Shown here: in pieces, positions 52,251 through 64,000 of the stretch | Layout: every line of letters begins with the position of its first letter | Numbering within the stretch: the first letter of the stretch is position 1 | DNA from: Octopus bimaculoides | Taxonomy: Eukaryota | Length of the DNA: 64,000 nucleotides | Direction: 5' to 3' | Assembly (NCBI RefSeq): GCF_001194135.2 | Contig: NC_069001.1 | Span: forward strand, 37,043,581 to 37,107,580 | Program-made: the position numbers and the translations under genes | Notes under the pieces: model-generated | Told to the model about the DNA's origin: nothing | Database searches by the model: none | What the model saw: only the letters and a program-made list of their open reading frames with translations

Positions 52251-53609
52251 AAATTTATTTACTTTTGTATGAATGTATTTGTGTGTAGTTAATTGCCCTT
52301 TCTGTGAGAATGATTTACAACAGATATCACATTGATAGGGTTTCTCTCCTGTATGAATACGCTTATGATTAGTTATGGAACTACTCCTAGAGAATGTTTT
52401 ACCACAAATATCACAGTGATATGGCCTCTCACCTGTATGAACACGCTTATGAGAAGATAAGGAACTACTTTCAGAGAAAGATTTACCACATATATTACAG
52501 AAATATGGTTTTTCTCCTGTATGAACACGCTTATGTTTAATTATGTCACTGCTTGAAGAGAAAGATTTACCACAGATATCACAGTGATACGGTTTCTCTC
52601 CGGTATGTGTCCGTTTGTGCTTTGTTAAGTCATTTTGAGAGAATGATTTGCCACATATATTACAGTAATGCAGCTTTACTCCTGTGTGAATGTTTTTGTG
52701 TCTCATTAGGTTACTTTTAATTGTGAATGATTTACCACAAATATCACAGTGATATCGTTTCTCTCCAGTATGGACACTTATGTGTTTAGACAGGCAATAT
52801 TTCTGAGAGAATGATTTACCACAAATTTCACAGTGGTATGGCTTCTCTCCTGTATGAATCCGTTTGTGTACAGTTAGTACAGTTGCATGGGAAAATGATT
52901 TCCCACAGACATCACAGAGATATGGCTTCTCTCCAGTATGGATATTTTTGTGATTAGCCAGACGAAGTTTTTGAGAGAATGATTTACCACAAATATCACA
53001 ATAGTATTGCCTCTCTCCTGTAAGAATATTTTTGTGAGTACTTAAATTACATTTTTGAGAGAATGATTTACCACGAATATCACAGTCATATGGTTTCTCT
53101 CCTGTGTGGATTGTTCTGTGATTAGTTAGGCGAAAGTTATAAGAGAATGATTTACCACAAATATCACAATGATATGATTTCTCTCTTGTATGAATACGTT
53201 TGTGACCTGTTAAGGCATTTCTGTTACAGAATGATTTACCACAGATGTCACAATGATATGGTTCCTCTCCTGTATGAATGCATTGGTGTAGGGTTAAGCG
53301 ACTTTTTTCAGTAAAGGTTTTGCCACAGATATTACAGCAATAAGGTTTACCTCTTGTGTGGATGTATTTGTGACGACTTAGGTGATGTTTTTGAGAAAAT
53401 GATTTACCACAGATATCACAATGATATGGTTTCTCTCCTGTATGAATGCGTTTGTGACTAGTTAGATTACCTCTATGAGAGAATGATTTACCACAGATAT
53501 CACAGTGGTATGATATTTTCTCTACTTCCTTCAGTATCTCATCAGGAAAATCAATTGTTTCTGACTCTGTTTTAATTTGAATTGGTTTCTCACAGAATTC
53601 ATCTTCCAT
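52242..53609 (-). CDS. ZF9: C2H2 zinc-finger protein, 455 aa, ~14 fingers
   Basis: Leader MEDEFCEKPIQIKTESE and a finger array. Confidence 0.92.
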   Translation of the reverse strand: MEDEFCEKPIQIKTESETIDFPDEILKEVEKISYHCDICGKSFSHRGNLTSHKRIHTGEKPYHCDICGKSFSQKHHLSRHKYIHTRGKPYCCNICGKTFTEKSRLTLHQCIHTGEEPYHCDICGKSFCNRNALTGHKRIHTREKSYHCDICGKSFSYNFRLTNHRTIHTGEKPYDCDIRGKSFSQKCNLSTHKNILTGERQYYCDICGKSFSQKLRLANHKNIHTGEKPYLCDVCGKSFSHATVLTVHKRIHTGEKPYHCEICGKSFSQKYCLSKHISVHTGEKRYHCDICGKSFTIKSNLMRHKNIHTGVKLHYCNICGKSFSQNDLTKHKRTHTGEKPYHCDICGKSFSSSSDIIKHKRVHTGEKPYFCNICGKSFSESSSLSSHKRVHTGERPYHCDICGKTFSRSSSITNHKRIHTGEKPYQCDICCKSFSQKGQLTTHKYIHTKVNKFSK

Positions 53610-55366
53610 AATTATTCTTCTCTGACCACTTCTCTTTTTCTCGTATTTTCTTAATTATTTCTGCTGCTATATTTAAATCACACATAACTTTTGTTGATAT
53701 TTGAAGATATTGCAAACTCCTTTGTAAATTTCTCCAAGTCTAATTAAAATGCAACCTAATCTTGAACATATTCCATAGAGAAATTTTTTGAATGATCTTA
53801 AGCTACAACAATAAATATTTCACTCCAGTTCTACGTTTATAGAAACGAAGTGATATCCATTCTGTATAACATCTTCCTTTACTTTTTAAAAGATAATCAA
53901 TATTGATGGTACATCAGAAGTAAAAAGATGGTATGTCAATGTCATCTGATGTTTCTGAAATAAAAGAGAAACAGTGTAAGATATAGGGGGGCATTATGTT
54001 ATTTCCTACAATATCGGTTTAGTGAAACAATTTTTTTTTTTGAGCGGTACATACCCTTCTAACACGGTATATTCACAAACAATAAGGTGTAATTTGAGGG
54101 AAAATTTAGCAACAACTTGAAGCAGGTGAAATGCCAATGTCGTCACGTCGCTCCTGATGCTGTTTAGTACCACCTGTTGTTTTATTAAATGAAAACAAAC
54201 ACTCCTTATTGATGAACAAAAAAAAAAGATTGTTATAACATTAAACTAAAAAAATACGCATATAATTGAGATTAATGACGACATTTGAGTTGGTGGAGAA
54301 TAGCTTGGTCTTTTTCCAATATTCGCTTCCAATTGTTGGTTAAAAAAAGGTAAATTTTGATAAATGAAACGCGCTTATCAAAATTTACCAAAAAATGTAG
54401 ACTGTTTGTAAGTATTGTAGGTAGACGTCAAGATAATGGGATAAATGTACCTTGTCAATGGAATTGGGTTCACAGAACACTGTCATGGAGAACAACAACA
54501 ACACTGGAGTTGTATGGAATAAATAAGTCATTACTGGGATCCACGATGGAATGTGGGGGGGGGGGAAATACGAAACAGATATTTCCGGAAAATAGAGACG
54601 ACGGAAGCAGAATCATTGGCTGTTCATTGGAAAAGTGAATGTAAAGATAAATGAGTACTGTTGACGAAAATATACATGCTTATATTGGGTAACTGTGTGT
54701 TTACGTTTTAGCAAAAATACGAGAGTCAGTGATATGATGCGGTACAGAAAGTTAGTAAACACTTTGTACATCAGAATACGGAACGGGGGTCAGGATATAC
54801 GTTCATAATATCTGTGACAAATTCAATTTGTACAAACATGTGTTTCATTCAAGAATGTCAAAAGGAAATGTTTTGTTTTGTTCCAATAAAATAATTAATT
54901 TTTACAGTCTTTTAGAACGCTGAACAGTTGTGAGCAAAAGGGATTTTTTCATATGCGTAGTTAAAAAAAAATAGACTCCTAAAACAAAAAAAAGTGAAAA
55001 CTTTTGTGGGGGAGGATTAAAATTTTGAAATGCAGATTCGGAATCTCCGCAGTCGAAAATATGGGTTTCTGTAAGAAAAAAAAATAATAATCGAAAGCGG
55101 GTGCAGTCGATATCCCTTACCTCTGCCAAGAAATCTAAACCGATGACATTTACTATCTGATATCTAAGCATTTACATATACTTCTTGCTTTCTCAGGATA
55201 TGCAAGTCTTTTTTTTTTTTTTTTTTTTAATAGTTTTTCCCCCGGATGAATCTACTTTCATTATCATTTCTGCCGTTATACGCACTTAACACAAAAGCTA
55301 TATATTACACTAACACACATACACGTGTATATGTTTACGTTAGTGTGTTTGTTGACGCGTCGCTTC

Positions 55367-55390
55367 TGCGCATGTTCAGAGTGTATTGAT
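55367..55390 (+). promoter_or_regulatory. Diverged, reverse-oriented copy of the upstream element (ZF10, possibly shared with ZF9)
   Basis: TGCGCATGTTCAgagtgTATTGAt versus the consensus reverse complement TGCGCATGTTCAaccggaTATTGAc. Confidence 0.55.
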
Positions 55391-56149
55391 TCCAGCTGCC
55401 ATCTTCGACTTAATCGCTACCATGTTCTCCTACAAAGTGTCATCCTATTACGATTGAAAGATAACTGAGTGACGGAAAAGTAGTCATATACACGACCACC
55501 ATCACTGACTTCCTAATAATGCAGTGATTTATTTCAGGTATTGTTTTCTTCGTTCAATCGTTTTTTATTTTTCCATTTTCATCAGTATAACATTTGGTAA
55601 ATGTGAAGAATTACAGCGTAATTTCGAAGATATGAGGAATGTATAAAAACGTGATTTACTGGAAATACTGAAATGAAATCGAAACATTGTTTGCTACAGA
55701 GGTGATACTGTAATGGTTGTTAACAGGAATTCCATAATTTCTTACATCTTAAAATAAATGCCCCCCCCCCCCCACTTCTTAAGCCTGTAAATTTGTGTTC
55801 GATTTTCAGACATATCTCCGATGCGGAAGAAATGCATTCCGAAAATAATGTAACGCGAAATTAATTTTATCCATTCGATTCTTATATAGCAAAGAGAGAT
55901 ACATTTTGACTGATTATTTTCGGGAAAACAAAAAAAAAGCAGGCAATACGACCACTTATATCCATGAAAATAACTATCTCGCAACATTCATTGTACAGTA
56001 TATGTTTAAAAAAAATATTTGAAGAGAAATAAGCTAAGGAATCATTAAAAATCATAACGGGTTATTAATGAGAGTTATTAAGATGAATGACTCTAACGGA
56101 ACGAAAGCCTGAAGTATCGAGACTTCCAGCCTGTGGCGTTTGGAGGGGT

Positions 56150-56270
56150 GGGCCACAGTGTCAGGTGATGTCCGTGAGGGTGCTTCACTGTTTCAACGTT
56201 TTAGCCTCGCAATCGCAATGCCGCGAGCGGGCTGGCTTGCTTCAGTAGGTTCCGTTGAACCTTCTCTGAG
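56150..56270 (+). mobile_element. Possible CRE-clade non-LTR retrotransposon 3' fragment
   Basis: GDVREGASLFQRFSLAI resembles the GDPRE..FLFQRLS.AIQRGNA C-terminus of CRE elements. Confidence 0.4.
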
Positions 56271-57303
56271 ACCAATTGAGGCACTTGGTGTTGAATTGAT
56301 ATGGTCCCCACCTTTTTTTTCCTGTCTTTTCCCTTCCTTCCTCTTTTTTCGTTTTCTTTTCTCTCAGTTTTGCATTTATATTTTTAATGTGGTTTTGCAT
56401 CTTACGTCTATCATATTCATACGTGTTATATATATTCCATGAAGGAAAAAAAAAAAATTCAGGTTTGAAGCTATCCAATGTTGATGTTCATAGCTTATCA
56501 TCTATTCGTATATTATAGAATAGGAACTGTAGTAAACAATATTTCGATTTTATTTTGATATTTCATGTAAACCATGGATGTCTATACGTTCATCAAATTT
56601 TTCATTTTGTTTAAACTGTCATAAAATTCATAGAATACCTGAGAACAACCCGTTTTTTTTTTTTTTTGTTAACGGGCGAGGGTCTTTATATTGACCAACA
56701 ACTAATCCTCGATCATAAGTCTGCTCAATACAAAGTGACCTGGGGCTGAATAACAAATAACCAGTAATGATCGATCTCCTGGACAGGACAAATTTGCACT
56801 ATTATTTAGTGTAGCATGCATAAGATATCTGTAACAGTTGTTTGATGACATTTTAATAACCAATTAAAGTTTCAAGTTCATTCGTCGCTGTAAATGTTAT
56901 TCACAGTTCATCAATATAGAGATGAAGTAAATTTTCCGCTGTTGTACCTATACTTTTAAGTACCCCCTATACCTTATACTGTTTCTTTATTTCAGAAATA
57001 TCAAATGGCATTGGCATAAAGGTATTTCTTCAGATGTATCATCAATAATTAACATCTTTTAAAAAGTAAAGGAAGATGCTATACAGAATTAACATACTCT
57101 TGTGTCTCTAAATCTATGGTGGAATTGGTGTTAAATATTTCGCATGACCTGAGATCATTGCAAACTTCCTCTCCTTGACTGTCTGGAATATATTCATTTA
57201 TAAAGGAGTTTGTAGAATCTTCAGATATCAACAGGTATCACATTTGTTAGAATTATAGTGGTAGAAAATAATTAAGAAAATACAAGAACCAGAAAAGAAT
57301 AAA

Positions 57304-59805
57304 ATGGAAGATGAAATCTGTGAGAAGCCAATTAAAATTAAAACAGAATATGAAGCAGTTTACTTCCCTAATGAGATGCTAAAAAAAAAAGGAAAAACAT
57401 ATAGCTGTGATGTCTGTGGTAAATCTTTCTCAGAAACAGGAAACTTAACTACTCACAAACGTATTCATACAGGAGAGAAACCATATCACTGTGATATCTG
57501 TGGTAAATCATTTTCTGAAAGTGGTAGCTTAACTATACACATACGAACTCATACTGGAGAGAAACCATATTGCTGCAACATCTGTGGTAAATCATTTTCT
57601 GAAGCACGAAACTTAACCACACACAAACGTATACATACAGGTGAGAAGCCATATCACTGTAATATCTGTGGAAAATCATTTTCTGATAGTGGTACCTTCA
57701 CTACTCATAGACGTATTCATACAGGAGAGAAACCATATCAATGTGATATCTGTGGTAAGTCATTCCCCCGAAAAAGTCCCCTTACTACTCACAAAAATAT
57801 CCATACAGGAGAAAAACCATACCATTGTAATATTTGTGGTAAAACATTTTCTCATAGAAGTGCCTCATATGTACACAAACGGGTTCACACAGGAGAGAGG
57901 CCATACCACTGTGAAATTTGTGGTAAATCATTTTCTTTAAAATCTTCCTTAACAACTCACAGAAATATTCATACAGGAGAGAAGCCATATCACTGTGATG
58001 TTTGTGGTAAATCATTCTCTCAAAAAAGTCACCTAAATACTCACAAAAATATTCATACAGGAGAGAAGCCTTACCACTGTGATATCTGTGGTAAATCCTT
58101 CACAAATAAATGTAACCTAACTACTCACAGACGTATTCATACAGGAGAGAAGCCATATGACTGTGATGTTTGTCATAAATCATTCTCTCAAAAAGGTGAA
58201 CTAACTATTCACATAAGGCTCCATACAGGAGGGAAACCATATCACTGTGATATCTGTGGAAAATCATTCTCACAAAAATGTCGCCTAACTAATCACAGAA
58301 GTATTCATACAGGGGAGAAACCATATCACTGTGATATTTGTGGTAAATCCTTTACAATTAAAAGTAACCTAATGAGACACAAAGACATTCATAATGGAGT
58401 AAAACGATATTGCTGTAATGTCTGTGGTAAATCATTCGTTCAAAGTGGAGATTTAACTAAGCACAAACGTATTCATACAGGAGAGAAACCGTATCACTGT
58501 GATATCTGTGGTAAATCTTGCTCCACAAGTAGTGACTTAATTAAACACAAACGTGTTCATACAGGTGAAAAACCATACCACTGTGATATCTGTGGTAAAT
58601 CCTTCTCTGAAAGTAGTTCCTTAGCTCCCCACAAGCGTGTTCATACAGGTGAGAGGCCATATCACTGTGATATCTGTGGTAAATCATTTTCTGAAAGTGG
58701 TAGCTTAACTAAGCACAAAAACGTTCATACAGGAGAGAAGCCATATCACTGCAATATTTGTGGTAAATCATTTTCTCAAAATAAGGACTTAACAAAACAC
58801 ACATGCATTCCTACAAAGGAAAGATCATTCTCTGGAAGCTGTGATGTAACTAGACCCAAGTATTCTAATTCATATGAGAAACCATATCAGTGTGAAGTCT
58901 GTGGTAAATCATTTTCACATAGAATCACCCTAACTATGCACAAACGCATTCATACAGGAGAAAGACCATATCAATGTGATACTTGTGGGAGAACATTCTT
59001 ACGTAGAGGTAATCTCACCAATCACATACGTATACATACACAAGAGAAACCATATCACTGTAGCATCTGTGGTAAATCATTCTCAGAAAAAAATATCTTA
59101 ACTCTGCACAAACTCATTCATGCAGGGCAGAAACCATATGACTGTGATATATGCAGCAAGTCATTCTCTCGGTGTTATGACTTAACTATACACAAACGCA
59201 TTCATACAGGAGTTAAGCTACATCACTGTGATGTTTGTGGAAAATCATTCACGCAGAAAAGTGTCTTAGCTATGCACAAACGTATTCATACAATAGAAAA
59301 GCCATACAATTGTGATGTCTGCAGTATATCATTTTCTCAAAAAAATGTCTTGACATTGCATAAACGTATCCATACAGGAGAGAAACCATATTCCTGCAAT
59401 ATCTGTGGTAAATCTTTCTCCCGGTCATATGTCTTAATTACTCATAAGCGTGTCCATACAGGAGAGAAGCCATATCACTGTGAGATATGTGGTAAGTCTT
59501 TCTCTCATGGAAATGCATTAACTGTACACAAACGCACTCATACAGGAGACAAACCATTCCAATGTAATATTTGTGGGTACTCCTTCTTTCAAAGTAGTGT
59601 CTTAACTATTCACAAACGCACTCATACTGGTGAGAAGCCATATGAATGTGATATCTGTGAGAAGTCATTCTCTCAAAGAAGTACTTTCAACAATCACAAA
59701 TATGTTCATAGAGCAGAGAAGCTGTTCCTCTGTGATATCTGTGGTAAATCATTCTCTAGAATTATTCAGTTAACTAGACATAGACGTCTTCATACGGAAA
59801 AGTAA
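57304..59805 (+). CDS. ZF10: C2H2 zinc-finger protein, 833 aa, ~27 fingers in two blocks
   Basis: Leader [17 protein letters not shown]; 16-17 fingers, a degenerate hinge, then 11 fingers. Confidence 0.93.
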   Translation: MEDEICEKPIKIKTEYEAVYFPNEMLKKKGKTYSCDVCGKSFSETGNLTTHKRIHTGEKPYHCDICGKSFSESGSLTIHIRTHTGEKPYCCNICGKSFSEARNLTTHKRIHTGEKPYHCNICGKSFSDSGTFTTHRRIHTGEKPYQCDICGKSFPRKSPLTTHKNIHTGEKPYHCNICGKTFSHRSASYVHKRVHTGERPYHCEICGKSFSLKSSLTTHRNIHTGEKPYHCDVCGKSFSQKSHLNTHKNIHTGEKPYHCDICGKSFTNKCNLTTHRRIHTGEKPYDCDVCHKSFSQKGELTIHIRLHTGGKPYHCDICGKSFSQKCRLTNHRSIHTGEKPYHCDICGKSFTIKSNLMRHKDIHNGVKRYCCNVCGKSFVQSGDLTKHKRIHTGEKPYHCDICGKSCSTSSDLIKHKRVHTGEKPYHCDICGKSFSESSSLAPHKRVHTGERPYHCDICGKSFSESGSLTKHKNVHTGEKPYHCNICGKSFSQNKDLTKHTCIPTKERSFSGSCDVTRPKYSNSYEKPYQCEVCGKSFSHRITLTMHKRIHTGERPYQCDTCGRTFLRRGNLTNHIRIHTQEKPYHCSICGKSFSEKNILTLHKLIHAGQKPYDCDICSKSFSRCYDLTIHKRIHTGVKLHHCDVCGKSFTQKSVLAMHKRIHTIEKPYNCDVCSISFSQKNVLTLHKRIHTGEKPYSCNICGKSFSRSYVLITHKRVHTGEKPYHCEICGKSFSHGNALTVHKRTHTGDKPFQCNICGYSFFQSSVLTIHKRTHTGEKPYECDICEKSFSQRSTFNNHKYVHRAEKLFLCDICGKSFSRIIQLTRHRRLHTEK

Positions 59806-62287
59806 CCATATCAGTGTGATATTTTAGGAAACTCATTCTGTGGACATGAATGGCTTAACATGACTCAAACATAGTTATACAGAAGAGAAGCCATTATCAG
59901 CATAACATTTCTGGTAAATCAGTTTCTGTAAGTAGTGACAAAACAAGGCACAAATATATTAAAATAGAAGAGAAATGAAATTATGAAATCTGGGCAGATG
60001 GGTAGAAACCTTAAACAATTGTGATACAAGATGTCTTATAAAAACACAACTGTATTTACATTTTTAAGAAAATCATTGTATTGAAATACTTGTATGTATT
60101 CCATTTAACTTATTTTCACAACAGAAAAATAATATATTCTTTTATTAGTAGCAAGATTCCTTTGTCATATGATGGTTAAACAATGTTTATTTGAATATGT
60201 CTCTAAATCTCAACTTGGTGTGAATGCAATAAGTGCTCTATAATTTGTGAATCATCATTATCAATGTCCATTCTACATGGGTCAAACGTGTCAGTTAGAA
60301 GATATCACCACAGTTTCTGAATCATTTGGCATCTGAACTTCAATGCTAAGAATCTTGTGTTCTGTCCTCATTACATTTTGTGAATTTTCTAACCTGAGGT
60401 CTAAATAAATCTTATTCACTCTTAAATTATTGTCTTATTATTTCCTGTATACATGCTAATCCAATATTCATAAATTATAGAATTCACTAATTTGGATATA
60501 AGTAGTGTATTTTCCCAAACTGATCTTCACTGTATATTTTGCGATGTGGTTGCAGAAAAATATTGGCAGATGGTGAGGAGTTCCTGCAAAGTGAAGGACT
60601 TAGTGTAGTGGTTAGACCAGTGCTTTATGTATGAATGCTGTCGGTCATCTCAGTAGCGAAGGGGATATCATGTGAGAAAATTAACCAAAGTAAAGTGGTA
60701 ACATGATAAGTTTAACACACCTAGCCTTTTTAGATATCATTAATGTATTACCTATGGGTTCTGAAATGCAGCTAATGCACAGTTACATGAGATTTAATAT
60801 TAGCCATCTTTAACTGCAAGCCACATTGTTTATTTTCAGAATTTGGCAGGTTTTGTTTTACAGTGGATAAAAAAACATTCTTTAGTATAAATATTGTTAT
60901 TGTTGTTTAGTCGTGACTAAAATTACAGATTGGAGAATCTGAAGAGGGATTTACTTGTAAGAAATGATCAGGAAATTGTTTTTCTTAGATAGAAACTGAA
61001 TAATATTCATTTTTGTTATTTACCTGTCAATTCTAAGTCAGCTACGATCTAGCAGACCTACAATCAACAACTGTAACCATTCCATCTTATTTTCAGGCAT
61101 AACCTAATTAGAACTACTCTATCAAGTGTGTTTTTCTGAACAAAAACAAAGTTACAGGCAAAAATATAACATTCCACTTCGATACCATAAATAAATAATA
61201 TAATTTGTTTACTATAACTAACAGTACACAACTTGTACACAGTGAAAATATAATTTGTATAATGACTATTAGAGCTATGTGAAAAATATCAGTTTTTTCA
61301 GTCTTAAACACAAGGAAACAAAATATTAGATCATGATGATGGTAAGATCAATTATGGAAGTTTCCTGAAACTTTACTGTTCGGAATTGTGCGTTGGCTCT
61401 CATTTAGGCCATGTAAGGGACAAAGAACATATATTCAAGGATCACCTCCTATAATACTGATGAAGATAACTGAAAGGAAAGTTCCTGTGATGGAAATGTT
61501 CATCACATTCTCTCCTTGTAGTCACTGCTAAAATTTCAGTCAGTTATTTTCCTGGCAATGTGAAATGTGAAGAACTTTGTTCTTTTATTTACAGGAGTTG
61601 AAAGGAAAACTTTGTTATAATCAACAACTTGCCATGAGACAGGAATTTCCTATCTTAAAAATAAATCATTTAAACTCAGGTACATATAAATGGAGATTGG
61701 ATCTACTTCAGATTGAAGCTGAGGATGTTTTTTTTTTATCTCTTGTTTGGTCATCCCTGACAACGACCATTCTGTTCCAGCTCTCCATAGAACCTTAAGG
61801 ATCTTCATTTAAATGCAGGCAGATTTGGCTGTGTTTAGGACAGTGAGACAGGCAACACTGTCCTGCTATTGTGTTTACATGGTGAATGGTTGGGAGATTG
61901 TTTAACCTCTCTAAAAAACATTATCTATGTTCGACAGCCATTGACAACAGCATTGTAGACTTTCAGTTTGGTGGAGAATAACTTTGGGCTGCAATGCTTT
62001 GTTTGATGTGGAGTTTTTGAAATGCTTGGCTAACTCCTCTGTATACTCAACAAAGTTTCTATGTTAAAGTACTTCATTATTATTCAACATATCTTGCACA
62101 TTATAATAGAATCCATCCTCCACATCTAAAAATAATTTCTTTCAGAAGGAAGTAAAGAGAAAATTGACTCCAGTACAGGATTAGTACAGAAGTAATCAAT
62201 ACCAAAATTGACCTCAGAGGGATTTATTTTTAGAGAGTTAGAAGAACCACATATCATATCTGACAGTCTAAGGATTCTATCAGTTTG

Positions 62288-62465
62288 TCATCATTTAATG
62301 TCCGCTTTCCTTGCTGGCATGGGTTGGATGGCTTGACAGGAGCTGGTCTGCCAGAGAGCTACCTGGGTTCCAATTTGTTTTGGCATGGTTTCTACAGCTG
62401 GCTGCTCTTCCTAATGCCATTCACTCCACAGAGTATACTGGGTGCTTTTCACATGGCACCAGATC
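62288..62465 (-). mobile_element. RTE-type 3' tail
   Basis: Homologous to 51451-51660. Confidence 0.6.
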
Positions 62466-62479
62466 TCTGTGCCTGCAAG

Positions 62480-63060
62480 ATAAGGAACTCTCAGCTGAGA
62501 GACAGAGAGCATGGCAGTAAATGACATGCCTGTGGGTATCTCACTATCAAGGCATCATCCAGTCAGGCTGATTGCTCGGGCCAGCCTGACTAGCTCTCTC
62601 CATCCCTCCCGATCTTCTACTAATGTTTTAGGTCTATTCTGCACACTGATGTATATATGTCTTCCATGGTCTTCCAGCCACTGTGGTACCATGATTTGGT
62701 GTCCACAGCAACACATTACTCACAAGTTCTTTACTTCTCTAGCAAACCTCAATCTCTGCTCTTGGATGATTGATAAGAAAGTTGGAACATTCCCATATAA
62801 CTGTTGTTTTGTTGGGTGCTCCCTCCAAGAGCTGTTGAGCACTGCATGTAACATTCTGGTGTAGGCACCATCTAGCATGCACCTAATTTTACGTAGCTTA
62901 ACACGTCTTCTCAAACACAGCAAATCACCAGAAGTTTCAGTCCCTTGTCATTTCCTTAGTTAAGCCCAACGTTTGAAGATCCTTTCTCATCACTTTGTTC
63001 TACATCTTCCTGGGTCTACCTCTTCCACTGGTTCCCTTAGCAATTAGGTATTGGCACTTC
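62480..63060 (-). mobile_element. RTE-clade LINE C-terminal fragments
   Basis: LDGAYTRMLHAVLNSSWREHPTKQQLYGNVP (62720-62923) and GRGRPRK.....RKDLQTLGLT (~62940-63040). Confidence 0.7.
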
Positions 63061-64000
63061 TTCGTGCAACTGTCACCTCTTGCACACTTCCAATGTTGTC
63101 TCTTACACCCCAATTTTTCTGTTAAATCATTTATACTCTGTCATACATGTACACTGACATTACCCACCCAGTAAAAACCATGTTTCACTACCCTGTAGCA
63201 TAGCTGTACATGCACAGGGATAATACAATCTGCCTTTTGCTCTGGTAACAAAGGTAATAGCTCTATGAACTTCACCCAGACTATGCTTATTCTACCAACT
63301 CTGCTTTCAGAACTTCCTCCTCCACAGGTAACTTGATTGCCTCCAGGTAACAGAAGCTGTCTGCTACTTTTAAGGATCCCTGCTGAACATTCAAGGAAGT
63401 CTATTCTCAGTACATTCTTAGTGTTTATTGTACTTGCATGTCTGCCACACACAAAATCTACTTTTTCTGTCAACTTTCCTATGGTACTGTTGCACCTCTT
63501 ATGTGTCCAAAACTTGCACTGGCCTCACAATCGATATTAGAAACCTGATGCACAGAGAAATGGAAATAGTTGTTGTCACATTTTTAATATGATACTTCTT
63601 TGGATATTGAAAATGAAAGAAGAAAGAGGAAAGAAAGAAAATAAAAGAAAAAAGTGAAATGCAGATTTGGTTACCTCCGGTCAGCCATGGATTGTCCCGA
63701 AATTGGACGATGGGTTTGGGATTTTAAGACTGGAGAGAATGGGCTTCTGTTTGTATGTATAATTCTTTGTGTCTCATGCTTATGTCTGTTATGTGTACAT
63801 GTGTATCTATCTGGTGTGGAAGGATGGAAGTAACATGGTATAAGGAGGTAGGGTAGAAAAAGGAGATGCCATTGGATGTGGGAAACCTGCAGTGGCTGGG
63901 GTCAACTTGGCAGTCTTGGGTGAGAGCAGTTTAGAGTAGTGAAATTATCTTTGTGGAAGGAAGAGGTTACTTATACCAGAAAGTGGCACAGACATTTCCT

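Noticed and set aside
61300-61800. Possible exon of another gene downstream of ZF10
   Set aside because: Only short ORFs, with no recognisable domain or convincing splice pair.

Overview
Repeat-rich, AT-rich animal genomic DNA with five assembly gaps. It holds a tandem cluster of ten C2H2 (Kruppel-type, TGEKP-linker) zinc-finger genes, called ZF1-ZF10 here. Each has one coding exon with about 8-28 fingers, a short acidic N-terminal leader, and no KRAB, SCAN, ZAD or BTB domain. The finger consensus ([11 protein letters not shown]...[10 protein letters not shown]), cluster layout and SINE/RTE repeats suggest an octopus (coleoid cephalopod) genome; this is inference. ZF1-ZF7 and ZF9 are on the minus strand; ZF8 and ZF10 are on the plus strand, giving two head-to-head pairs. 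The units share one architecture: a near-invariant 19-25 bp upstream element (GTCAATATCCGGTTGA[A/G]CATGCGCA), a short non-coding first exon with a donor, an intron with a conserved acceptor, and then the finger exon. Transposon remnants are dense: mariner/Tc1, hAT-like and GG-ended MITEs, foldback elements with TTAGGG dimers, a solo LTR, a Gypsy LTR-PBS-gag stub, CR1/RTE/CRE LINE pieces and SINEs. Several touch the genes directly: one supplies a stop codon, one sits in a predicted first exon and one in a predicted 5'UTR. A mariner DNA-binding domain is also joined in frame to a histone H1-like tail. All calls were made by eye; no database searches were run.
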